Below are positions 12,650 to 24,633 of a DNA stretch of 64,000 nucleotides, in pieces. Origin of the DNA: Eledone cirrhosa (Eukaryota); the NCBI GenBank assembly GCA_964016885.1, contig OZ024741.1, positions 356,562,001 to 356,626,000 on the forward strand. Direction: 5' to 3'. A program made the position numbers and the translations under genes. The notes beneath the pieces are model-generated. The model made no database searches. It was not told the DNA's origin and saw only the letters and a program-made list of their open reading frames with translations. Numbering within the stretch: position 1 is the first letter of the stretch; each line of letters begins with the position of its first letter.

Positions 12650-12890
12650 GATGATGATACAGGGCTAATCACGTAACCATGAAACGACAGCTGATGATGA
12701 TGCAGGGCTAATCACTTAACCACGGAACAACAACATCTGATGGTGATGATGATGATACAAGGCTAATCACTCGGCAATGGAACGACAGCTGATGATGATG
12801 ATACAAGGCTAATCACTCGACCATGGGACAATAACAGATGATGATGATGATGATGATACAGAGCTAATCACCTGACCATGAGACTGTAAT
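12650..12890. repeat. Five-unit minisatellite interleaved with (GAT)n
   Basis: Unit gatacarggctaatcac..(r)accatg..acgacagct followed by a variable (GAT)n run. Confidence 0.85.
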
Positions 12891-13242
12891 TGATTATGAA
12901 AGCTTTAATGGGTGGAGGAGGAGGTTTGAGGCCATTTTCTACTGCAGTCAAACAATTTAGATGATGATGATCACAGAGTAAAAACAACTCACCAATACAT
13001 TAGTAAAGCTTACAGTGTTGAATTCAGAAGCTATCTTGCTCTTGTTAAAAATCTTTTTCTAGATTCTAAGGTGACATGAGTTATTCTCATTTGTTGATTT
13101 AACCCTGTTATTTCCATATTTCTTACAAAAGACACTACCTATGATTTTCAAATAATTTTGAAAATAATCAAGAATTTTTGGGAGATTTGGTTATATAACT
13201 AACTTTCTCATTATTTATTTGATGTTTGAGAGCATATCTTAA

Positions 13243-13463
13243 CCATTTAGCATTTACATTACTCTATTTTTACTTTTATATTTTCATGGTAAATACTTTA
13301 TCTCATACAATTATCTCACATAATATTGTATCTATGCGATTTTGATATTATTTATTTTGAGAACAAAACCATAACATCAGTACATGTGGCCAGTTACAGC
13401 CAGTTTGAACAGAAAGAGGTGAGAGAATTCTGGCTGGATATGACTGGTTGAAATGCTAGAGGG
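13243..13463. mobile_element. piggyBac-like MITE (TTAA TSD) nested in another MITE family
   Basis: TTAA-ccatttagcattt...aaatgctagaggg-TTAA; same family as 40065-40272. Confidence 0.8.
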
Positions 13464-14044
13464 TTAAGAAAGATTCTTACATGAAATTAAGATGGAAAGC
13501 TTTTAGATAAATATACATGAAAAAACAAACTAAATTTTTAATGAAAGACAATATGATTTTTAAATAATTTTGAAAATAATAAAGACTTTGGAGGGATTTG
13601 GTTATATAACTAACTTTTTCAATATTTATCTGGCGTTTGAGCATAACTTAAAGATTCTTGCATAAAATTATAATTGTTTCTACTTTTGGCACAAGGCCAG
13701 CAATTACCCAGTGTATTACTGGTAATGAAAGGTTTTCAGATAATATAAACACTTTAAAATAATCATTGAATTTTGTATTGTTTCATGCAGTTTGGTATCA
13801 AAAAGGCTAACTTACAGCAACTAACTTCCTTTGTTGTTGATGATGATAGTGATGGTCATGATATTGATAATGGCAATGACAATGTTGATGGCGATAATGA
13901 TGAGGCTGGTGATGTTGATGAAAATGATGACAATGATGATGATAACACAACATTTTTTGACAATTTCTCTAACATCTGCATCTACCTCTTCAATACTCTT
14001 CTTCTGTCTTATCACTACTGGTTTCATTACCTTATTATACAGTG

Positions 14045-14270
14045 CAGTGGTTAGGGCAGAGAATTGGCTGAGTTGTTAGAGCCTCAGACAAATGCTTTTG
14101 CAGTATTTGTTTTGGCTCTTTGTATTATGAGTTCAAATCCTACCAAAGTCAACTTTGCCTTTCATTCTTCTGCAGTCAATAAAATAAAATACCAATAAAG
14201 TACTGGGGTCAATTCAATCAACATCCTCTCTCACAAATTGCTGGTCTTGTGCCTAAATTAGAAATCATCT
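14045..14270 (+). mobile_element. tRNA-derived CORE-like SINE
   Basis: A box tggctgagttg, B box gttcaaatcc, tttgcctttcat core, ggtcttgtgcctaaattagaaa end. Confidence 0.75.
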
Positions 14271-14628
14271 TTATAAGAAAACATGACCATATAACAACCA
14301 CTTTGTTCTTATCATGTCCACAAGATTGTCAGTTACAAAGCTTGGCTAGATGTTGTTTCGCCACAGCTGAACAAATTGCTGTCCTTTCTCATTAAACTCT
14401 GCCAAGTCCAATGCTATGAAGGGGTGTTCCTGCAACAGTTATAAGCTACAAAACAACCACTTTGTGCTAACTTTGATAGGGAAATGGTAATTTGATATCT
14501 GCCTCCTTACCTATCTCACTCATAGTGTTGACAAGATGTTCAGTGGTCAAGCAGCACCTATCCATAACTACTCACCTATATATCTACCAATCTTCCAACA
14601 ATAAATGCAACATCTAACTATCTATCTA

Positions 14629-15378
14629 TCTATAGGCACAGACGCCCTGGCAGAGATCCTGCCAAAAGGATCTGTCCAAGATGCGAACAGGACATCGAAA
14701 CCATTCTGCACGCAATTGTTCAGTGCCCAGGGGTGACTGACCTGTGGAATTATGTCGAATAGCTACCATCACATGTGGGACGCATCCAGTTGTCAGCCGA
14801 GTCTATCGTGAGGATCACCCTCCGACCTCACCCTGCCGCCTTCATTTAAGAATGAAGGAGAGGCAGTTTTCCTCTGTCTGGTGGCTATGGCGAAAGAGGT
14901 AATATGGTGGATGAGGTTAAAAGGACTGAGGACAAACAACTTTCTCTCCGGACAACAACTTATCCCCTTCTTTAAGTACCACTTCAGAAGGAAGGTGGGA
15001 GTGGAGAGAGAGGTGCTACACCCCAGTAAATTCGCTGAAAGGTGGGTGAATGTGGCGAAAATGGCCCGAGTGAATGGGCCTTCTCTGTATATAAACCTGT
15101 AGGTTGAGGAAGATAAACAGAGGGAAGACGGGAATACCTACAAAACGTGTTTCTGGTGTTGAGGGTTGTTCTTTCCACAGGGTGTAAAACAACCCTGCAG
15201 TAATGTTCCCCCCATTGGGAATTTCAATTGTTATTTTATTATATATATAGTTTATTATTATTTATATAGTATATTATTATTTATTAATGTTAAAGTTATA
15301 TGATTTTTATGTAAAACCCCCGCCCTAACGTCTTGTAATGTCCCATTTTTGTACGCCCCTGTGGCAAATAAAGAAAGA
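14629..15378 (+). mobile_element. Tx1/L1-clade LINE 3' fragment, copy 1
   Basis: CPRC..ETILHAIVQCP zinc knuckle, RVNGPSLYINL*, 3'UTR ending aataaagaaa; between (ATCT)n runs. Confidence 0.85.
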
Positions 15379-15423
15379 TATCTATCTATCTATCTATCTA
15401 TGTATCTATCTATCTATCTATCT

Positions 15424-15769
15424 ATCAGAGTGGAGAGAGAGGCACTGCACCCCAGTAAATTTACTGAAAGGTGGGTGAATGCAACAAAAATGGCCCGAGT
15501 GATTGGGCCTTCTCGGTATATAAACCTGTAGGTTGAAGATGAGAGCGAAAGGAGGAAAGGAGCACTTGCACAACATGCTCCTGGAGTTGAAGGTTGTTCT
15601 ATCTACGGGGTATAAAACAACCCATTTGTAACGCCTCCCCCTATTGAGTATTTTGATTGTTGAATTTGTTTGTTTAAACATTTTTTTTACACGATTGTAT
15701 GTAAAAATCCCCGGCATATATCCTTGTATTGTTCCCTTTTCTTGTGCGCCCTTGTGGCAAATACAGAAA
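15424..15769 (+). mobile_element. Tx1/L1-clade LINE 3' fragment, copy 2
   Basis: IRVEREALHPSKF...YINL* plus 3'UTR; between (ATCT)n runs. Confidence 0.85.
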
Positions 15770-15849
15770 TCTATCTATCTATCTGTCTGTCTATCTATCT
15801 ACCTAACTGTCTATCAATATACCTTCCTCGCTGTCTATCTATATCATTT

Positions 15850-18721
15850 TCCAGGATCCACAGCGAGTGACAGCTGGCTCCCATCTTCAATGACTATGAG
15901 ATCTACGCACCTCTATGTCAGCCGGGAGGTGGGGGAGGGGTTGCCGTTTTGCTGAGGAAACACCTGGGCCTCGTAACACAGGCGGTACATCTGGACCTGG
16001 AGGGTCGACTGGTGGTCCTAGACATTGACGGTAGTGAAGGTGGAGGCCTTCAGACTGGTGGCCGCATATGCCCCATCTGGGACTCCGTGGCCAGACTTCT
16101 TCAAACGTCTAGAGACTTTTCTGGGAACGTCCCGCTCCTTGCTTTTAGTGGGGGACTGGAATGGAATCCTAGATGCACGTTGGGACTATGTGGGAGCATG
16201 TCCCGATAAAGGGGGGTGTAACAGCCTCAAACAGTTAATCGGCCGATTTGACCTGGTCAATAGATATCGACTAGATTTTCCGACTGTGCCATGGATTTTG
16301 GTCCATACCTGGACGGCCTTCTGTGACTCTCAGAGAGCAAGGCGAAGTTCTGCGAAAGGTCAATTTTGGCTGCTGAGATAGGAGATGGGCTGAGCCAATG
16401 CGGCAAATGCATATCCCCAGGTCTTGACGGTCTACCCTACGAATTTTATGTAGCAATGCTGGACTTGTTCTCTGTTCTCCTGGAAGTGGTTTACTGCAAC
16501 TGGCAGCAGAACGAGAGATTTCCCAATTCTCTGACCAAGGGCATAGTCACGCTAGTCAGGAAGGACGAGAATAAGGGGGATAACATAGGCAATTTCCGGC
16601 CCATAACTCTGCTAAACACAGAGTTACAGATTTTGGCCAAGGTGTTGGCAAAGAGGCTGGCGCTTGTCATTGAAAACCTGGTGGGAAAAGCGGAGACATG
16701 CGCAATCCCGACCAGGTCCATACGCGACAACCTCCACCTCATGCGATACATCATAGAGAGGGTAGGGTGTAAACCCGGCTTCGGTGGGGGCCCTGATCAA
16801 CTTGGATCAGTCTAAGGCTTTCGATAGGGTTGACCATCGTTACCTAGATGCAGTGCTCAAGGCGGCAGGCTTTGGACCCGTGTTCAGGGGCTGGATTGCT
16901 GCAATGCACAGCAGCAACATCTGCTCAAGGGTCAAGCTGAACGGCTACCTCTTGGAGCTCTTCCATATCACGCGATCCATCCGACAGGGATGCCCTCTTT
17001 CCTCCCTTCTGTATGTACTGACTCTCAAGCCACTACTGCAGAAGTTGGAGCTATTGCAGGGCATCCCTCTGGAACCGGGACTGTGGAAAGCGGCGTCAGC
17101 CTACGCTGACGACGTGATAGTAATGGTGTCGAGCACCTCACAAATCGAGGAAGTCACCACCTTACTGAAGGAATACAAAAGGTTCACAGGAGCGAAGCTG
17201 AACCAGGACAAGTCCATCGGTTTTAACTCGGATCATGGAGAGGCAAACCGATGCCTTCCGATGGCGTCGTTGGACGCTGGACGGAAGGACCGGTGAAGCT
17301 GCTCGGGGTCTGGCTTGGTCCGGACCTCCAGGTGGAGAATAACTGGAACGAAGTGACGGCCAAGGTGTTTGCACTCACCCAGAAGTGGACCGCGTGCAAA
17401 CTATCCTTGAAAGTTCGAGCGGAGGTGGTGAACACTTTTATAGCGCCCGTCATCTACTACCGCTTGACCATTGCGCCTTGTTCAGCCAAAACGCTCACCA
17501 AAATGGAGCACGTGCTCTTCCAATTCCTTTGGAAGAAATGGGCTCCTTTGGTGAGAAGATCAATCTGCTGCCAACACCCTTCAAATGGAGGGCTGGGGAG
17601 GCCGTGGCTGACAATGCGCAAACACGCGCCCAGGCTGCGGCACCTCCACGTATTCCTCACCAGACAACAGGTGTGGGCCCTGTTCGTGAGGCGAGCCTTC
17701 CCACAACTCATCTCGCTGACTGAGCTGCAGTCCTGGGTCAAGCAAAGACCGAGGAAAATGGGCGACTGGCACATCGAATGTGCTCAGGCGCTCACAGCCC
17801 TCTGGCAGGCGGACCCGGTGATCAGTGGAGACTCCACTTCATCATTCTATAGAGGGCTGGTCCACAGCAAGTGCAACAACGTGCTCGGAGAAACTCTAGG
17901 CGTAGAGGAAGACGAACTGGCCAGTCTGTTTGGTAGGACCTTCCGCCCAGGACCGATGGACAACTTCCAAAAGTCCCCGGCCTGACAGTGCTACCGAGGA
18001 GCTCTACCAGTTCAAGACAAGCTCTACAGACACGGGCGCCCGGGCAGGGACCCTTCGAAAAAGATCTGTCCGAGATGTGTGCGCAACGAAGAAACCGTCG
18101 CGCACGCATTCGTACACTGCCCAGGCGTTACCGACCTGTGGGTCTATGTAGAACGACTATTGTTGCGGGTGGGACCAATCCGGTTGACCACCGAGTCCAT
18201 TGTCATGATCAAACTGCCACCCTCCTTAAAAAATGAAGGAGAGGCAGTTTTCCTTTGTGTGATAGCTATGGCGAAAGTGGTTGTATGGTGGACGAGGTTA
18301 AAAGGGCTGAGATCAGACACCTTTCTCTCCGGCCAACAACTGATTCTTTTTTTCAAATGCCACTTTAGAAGAAGAATCAGGATGGAGAGAGAGGTGCTGT
18401 ACCCCAGCAAGTTTTATGAAAGGTGGGTGAAAGTGGTGAGAATGGCCCGAGTGAATGGGCCTTCTCTCTATATCAGCCTGTAGGTTGAGGAAAAGGAGGA
18501 GGAGAGGAAAGGAGTACAAACTCTTCGTACACCTGGAGATGAGGGTTGCACATTTTTTCGGGGGTATGTGTTACCCATATGAACTGTCTCCCCCTATTGG
18601 GGAAAATCGACTAATTTTTAAATTGCATTTGTGATAATATTTTACACGTTTTTATTGTATGTAAACTTCCCCTTTTGTATTTGTCCCCTTCTTTTGTGCC
18701 CCTGTGGCTAATAAAGAAACA
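15850..18721 (+). pseudogene. Tx1/L1-clade LINE ORF2 (APE endonuclease, RT, zinc knuckle), frameshifted and internally deleted, copy 3
   Basis: AAYAP, VGDWNGILD (EN); SPGLDGLPYEFY, FRPITLLN, LDQSKAFDRVDH, IRQGCPLS, AYADDV (RT); frameshifts near 16790 and 17220; probable deletion near 16300. Confidence 0.92.
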
Positions 18722-18728
18722 TATCTAT

Positions 18729-19304
18729 GGGCGTAACCGACCTGTGGAACTATGCAGAACAACTGCTGTCGCGTATGGGACAAATCCAGTTGACTGCCGA
18801 GTCCATAGTAAGGATCAAACCGCCAGCCTCTTTCAAAAACGAAAGAGAGGCGGTTTTCTTCTGTACGGTGGCTATGGTGAAAGAAGTTATATGGTGGACA
18901 AGGTTGAGAGGACTGAGGACAGATGCCTTTCTCTCCGGACAACAATTGATTCCCTTCTTTAAGTATCACTTTAGAAGGAGAATCAGGGTGGAGAGAGAGG
19001 CACTGCACCCCAGTAAATTTACTGAAAGGTGGGTGAATGAAGCGAAAATGGCCCGAGTGATTGGGCCTTCCCTGTTTATAAGCCTGTAGGTTGAAGAAGA
19101 GAGCAAAAGGAAGAAAGGAGCACTTGCACAACACGCTCCTGAAGTTGAGGGTTGTTCTATCTACGGGGTATTAAACAACCCATTTGTGGTGCCTCCCCCC
19201 CCTATTGGGGATTTCGATTGTTGTAATTGTTTGTTTTTATATTTTTTACATGACTGTATGTAAAATCCCCGGCATGTCCCCTTTTCTTGTGCGCCCTTGT
19301 GAAA
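18729..19304 (+). mobile_element. Tx1/L1-clade LINE 3' fragment, copy 4
   Basis: GVTDLW...RVIGPSLFISL* plus 3'UTR, followed by tatctatct. Confidence 0.85.
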
Positions 19305-20049
19305 TATATCTATCTATCTACCTACCTACCTCTCTACCCACCCACATATCTGTGTTTCTATAAATATACTTACCAATTTGACTATTTAGATATCTACCTA
19401 CCTCATTATCAATCTTTGTCTGTCTCTATGTCTGTTAGCCTGTCTATTTTTTTGTATGGCTGTCAATCTATAGTTATCTATTTATGTATATTTACCAAAT
19501 TATCTCTCCTTCGACAAGAACAACAATAACAACAACAAGGACGAAATCCCAAGAGCCATCCGAAACAGATAAATAAATAGATAAATAAATAGATAGACAG
19601 ATAAATACATTGATGGAACAAAGCCATCATAATTTAGTGGCTATATGTTTGATAACGATTAAAGAAAATGTGGAAGAAAATTATTGCAATTGATTTAAAT
19701 GAATGTAAAATGAAATACTGCGACTGCCAGAATAATAATAGTGAAAAAGTCAAGGCAAATCAAGGATTCAAGTATATTTACATAGAAAGTTGTAATCAAG
19801 GCATTATTAAATAAAATAATTCTTACTGTAAAGCCATAATTTTCGATGGGCAATATGCTAGTTATTATATAGTGCTGTAATTAACCATTTTGGCTTGTTT
19901 CATTTGATTTGTAACATTTAATAATATTACCATTATAAACTTCTTCATTTTCTTCTTCTTGCTCTTGCTCAACGAGGCCAGGGTCATCCTAAGCTAGTGA
20001 TCCCAAAGCATCATCATGCATAGTGCTAGTCATTATAAACAACATCCAT

Positions 20050-20068
20050 GCATATATGTATGTATATA

Positions 20069-20115
<47 letters not shown>

Positions 20116-20160
20116 TGTATGAATATATATATATATCACTGGTCGGTCAAGGTGGTCAAG

Positions 20161-20218
<58 letters not shown>

Positions 20219-20223
20219 TATAA

Positions 20224-20300
<77 letters not shown>

Positions 20301-20330
20301 TATATATATCTATATATATATATATGCATG
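20050..20330. repeat. (TA)n microsatellite
   Basis: Directly visible. Confidence 0.95.
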
Positions 20331-20334
20331 TATG

Positions 20335-20560
20335 TAAGGTTGTAGGTCTAATGCCACGAACAAATGCACCCAGTATACACTGTAAGTGACTGGCATTAGG
20401 AAGGGCATCCAGCAGTAGAAACCAAACGAAATGGTGCATATGAGGTTGATGTGGTCACCTGACCAGTTTAGCTTCAGCATGTGGCAACCTGTCCAAGCTA
20501 TGCAGGCATGGAAAATAGATGTTAAATAGTAATGGTGATGATGACGATGACGATGATCCT
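20335..20560 (+). mobile_element. RTE-tail short copy
   Basis: ggcattaggaagggcatccagc core with (GAT/GAC)n tail. Confidence 0.7.
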
Positions 20561-20684
20561 GAAAAGTAATCTGTCAAGTCAAATGAATGTCTTCATCCAG
20601 AACCACATTCAGTTATTTAGCAGAGTGTCTCAACAGATTTCCTATCAATTATCTTCTTATAAGCTTTAATTTGGCAGTATCAGT

Positions 20685-20842
20685 AGAAGGTCAGACGCCA
20701 TGCTTCCCAGCATAGTTACGTCCCTTTACGGTCTGAGTTCAATCCCGCCAAGGTGAACTTTGCCTTTCATCCTTACGGGGTAGATAAAATAAAGTACCAG
20801 TAATGCACTGGCCTTGTGCCAAAAGTAGAAACAATTATTATT
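20685..20842 (+). mobile_element. tRNA-derived CORE-like SINE
   Basis: gagttcaatcccgcc..tttgcctttcatccttacgggg..ggccttgtgccaaaagtagaaacaattatta. Confidence 0.8.
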
Positions 20843-21852
20843 GATTCTTAAAGACTTTTGGAAATATTGATTTTTATTCTAAGGATAAGGCCAGCAAATT
20901 TGTGGGAAGAGCAATACTTGACTGGTGTTTTATTTTATCAACCCTGGAAGGATGAAAGACAAAATTGACCTTGGCAGTTTCCACCTGGGTTATGTTAATC
21001 CTGTTTATGTACATTACAATTGGTCTATTATGAAGTTGGGAGAAATTCATGTGAAACAAATCTATCTGTATCATGATAGAATGTAACAAGCTAATGAGGG
21101 GGCATCTATGTAGTTGCTTGACCTACTACAAATAGCAGCCAAATTATCTCAAATCACATCCTATCATGAAAAAAAATGGAAGGTTATGTGGTCAATATCA
21201 TCCTTTACTTCCCATTTCCCTTGGCTCTGCAGAGTGAAACAGTGTATCACCTCCCTCCACCCATCTCTGTTGCGAGCTAAAGCTTATGTTGTTATAAAAT
21301 CTTTAACAGTCCATTCCTTGATGCTATTTGCCCACATCTTCAGTGTGGGATTGCTCAAGATACATTGCATAATGAGCAACACAATATTGAACTCTATACT
21401 GGCTCAGTCCTCACCCAGGTCAACCAGAACCCCACCTTCCATTAAATCTCAGGGAAGAAGTGTTTGGTATAAGTATAATGTCATCCTATATACTTCTAAA
21501 ATAGTGGTAGGGTTACAGCTGGCATGCCTTTGAAAGCCATCCTGGGGTTAAACAACAACAGTAATAGCAATATCAACAACATCTAACTGGTCAATTACTC
21601 CTAGCATATTAGCTAATTAATAAAATAATTGTTTCTACTTTTGGCACAAGGCCAGCAATTACCCAGTTCATTACTGGTACTTTATTTTATCGACCCCATA
21701 AGGATGAAAGGCAAAGTTGACCTCGTTGTTTTGGTCATCAATTTTAGCAAGAAGAATTGCTTTGAAATTAATATTGATAGCTTGTGCTATAGTATTTTAT
21801 GTCATAATGTGGTTCACAGGGAATAAGCTTATGTTCTTGGTATGTGTGTATG

Positions 21853-21856
<4 letters not shown>

Positions 21857-21939
<83 letters not shown>

Positions 21940-22085
21940 ATGTGTGTGCATGTGTGTGCATGTGTGCACGTGTGTGTGTGTGTATGTGTATGTATATATA
22001 TATGTGTGTGTGCATATATATATGTATGTGAGTATATATATATATATATATGTGTGTGTGTATGCATACATGTATGTATGTATAT
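21857..22085. repeat. (TG)n/(TA)n microsatellite
   Basis: Directly visible. Confidence 0.95.
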
Positions 22086-22402
22086 ACAGCACAGTTCCCA
22101 TGACTTTCGTAAACATTTTTTCATGCTTGGAATTGCTGAAGCATGGAACAAACTACCTGCATCAGTTATTAGCTGTTGGGACACTGCATCCATCAAAACC
22201 TCCATGCTTCCCGAAATTCGCCAACACTACACCTGATATTCCCTCTCCATACACATGCACGCATGTATCTGTGTGTATATCATGACTCATACACAGTTCA
22301 CTTTCCTGACATTGTACATTATTCTATGTACTATACATGCACCTTTGATGAGTTGTATTGCACATGAGAACTGTACACAATAATTTTCATTAATATTATT
22401 AT
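22086..22402 (+). mobile_element. CR1/L2-type LINE 3' end
   Basis: FRKHFFML...WNKLPASV..FK-type C-terminus plus 3'UTR ending in (ATT)n; same family as 62125-62655. Confidence 0.75.
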
Positions 22403-23944
22403 TAGACATGTATGCTTGTCGAGATGAAAACATACAACAAAGCTTCTATATGTTCCAATGACGAGCACTCAATTGTTCAATTGACTGAATAGTTGACTCA
22501 TGTAAGTGGTTGATTATTCTGCAGAAATGTTTACTCTTAATGCAACTCTCAGACATCAGAATCAGCAATGCACAATATGTCACATGGTTGAGCCTTTTCA
22601 ATTACAGGTAGAATCCATTTGACAGCCACCCACACAGTTTCCATCTACCCAATTTTAATCACAAAGCTTGGGTCAAATTGAGATTATGGTAGTTTATGTG
22701 TAAGTGGCTGAGCATTCCACAGACACGTGTACTTTAACATAATTTTCAGGGAGAGGCAGCATGACACAGTGTGTAACAAAGCTAGTTCTTTGAATTGCAG
22801 GTACAGTCCATCTGATTAGCTTTCAAACAGTTTCCTTCTACCCCAATTTCACTTACCAAACTGTGGTAAATGTCAATTGCTCAAGATGCCATATAGTGAA
22901 TAGAATCTGAAACCTCATGATTGCAAAGCAAATTTGTTACCTACTCTGAAATGCTGTCGACAAATATCTAATTGGGAACAATTATGGTGCTAACGTTCTG
23001 TAGATGTCTAATAAATGCTACAAAATATCAAAATTGACAAAATTTCAGGAGTAATTGATGATTTAGTGTAAACAATAAGACAGCTAAAAATTCAATATGA
23101 AACATTCTACAGCTTTAAATTCCACCTATAACCATCCCCAACTCTATGAATCAAAGCCATTTATTTTTCATATATAAATCAGTTTTCATATATAAATCAG
23201 AACGTTTCATTATAATTTTATGGAAAATTCTATTAAGCTATACTTCAAACACCAGTTTGATAATTCTTTCTAACATTGACAAAGGTCAGCAATTTGGGGG
23301 AAGAGGAAAGTCGACTATATCAACCCTATTACTTAACTGGTATTTTATTTTAGCAACCTCGGAAACATGAAAAGTAAAATTGACTTCTGAGATTTGAACT
23401 CAGACTGTAGAAAGTCATAACTAAATACCACAAAGCATTTTGTCAGATGCTCTACCGATATTGCAATCCCCCAGGCTCATAACACCTTAATAATGAAAGT
23501 GTTATTTATTACTAAATCCTTCCAAATTCTTGATTATTTTCAAAATTAACTGGACAGTGTCTTTTATTAGTGATGGCTCTTCTGTTGATTTCAACAAAGA
23601 GCTTTCGGTTGTTCAATCAACTTTTGAATTAATGTGTAAATGGCTAAGTATTCCACTGACATGTATACCCTTATTTTAATTCTGAAGCCATATCAGCATG
23701 TCATACTATGTGACTAGAATGAACCTTTGATTTGAATTACAAATACAATCCATCTCGCAAGCTTCCATAAAGTTCTGTCTAGCTAATTTCACTTACAAGG
23801 CTTGGGTCAACACCAGGCTATAGTAAAGATAATAATACTGGGTTCAAACCTGAGATCTCATGATTGTGAAGTGAACTTCTTAACTATTCAGCAATTAGAA
23901 ATATGATCATTAATTCTGTGTTTCAGTAGGGACCATCACCAAGG

Positions 23945-24633
23945 TGATAGACTGAATCTTCTCTCCAGTTAATTACTCATACTGATTTCACTGACCCTTC
24001 AGTGATACAGCAAGATTGATCCGGGGGTCATTTGAATAGAGAAAGGGAAAATACTATGATGCTATTCTGTCTACCAGGACCATGAAGCAACAAGAAACCT
24101 AAACATGATGTTGATTAAGTAAGATTATAGATGCTGACAAGATGTTGAATAAACAACTAAAAAATGTGTTACTTCATTATAAATGTGCACTTTCGGGGTT
24201 GGTGGATTAGTAGTATTGGTAAGGCATCAGACAATATGCTTTGTTGCATAGAGTTATATCCCTTTATGTTCTGAGTTCAAATCCCAACCAAGGTTTGCTT
24301 TGCCTTTCATCCTTGAGGGGTTGATAAAATAAAGCACCAGTCATGCACTGGAATTGATTCAATCAACTTTCCCTTCCCAAAAATTGTTGGCCTTGTGCCT
24401 AAATCAGAAACCATTATAAATGTGAACTTTTTCTTTACTATCAAGCTGGAAGTGAACTTGTCAATCATGGTAAAATATTCAGTAAGACAATTATATGAAC
24501 TTGATGAGGCTAAATAGAGAAAGGCACTTGTCAAGTTGGGTCAATCACCAAGGGATATGCCCCACAACCTACTTTACAATGGTGCATCGTCAGATTTAGG
24601 AAATTTACAATGATATGCTTATTTGAAAACTCT
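23945..24633 (+). repeat. Left arm of ~690-bp inverted duplication (contains a SINE at ~24195-24420)
   Basis: Reverse complement of 45753-46441 with about 8 substitutions by eye. Confidence 0.95.

Noticed and set aside
12650-12890. CRISPR-like repeat/spacer array
   Set aside because: Eukaryotic context, degenerate repeats, spacers are just (GAT)n, no cas genes.
13773-14079. Asp-rich and Met-rich ORFs
   Set aside because: Degenerate (GAT)n repeat.
14045-14150. tRNA genes
   Set aside because: A/B boxes belong to SINE heads; no intact cloverleaf seen.
24307-24534. Duplicated 75-aa ORF (also 45852-46073)
   Set aside because: Runs through a SINE and has a non-ATG start; its conservation only reflects the recent inverted duplication.
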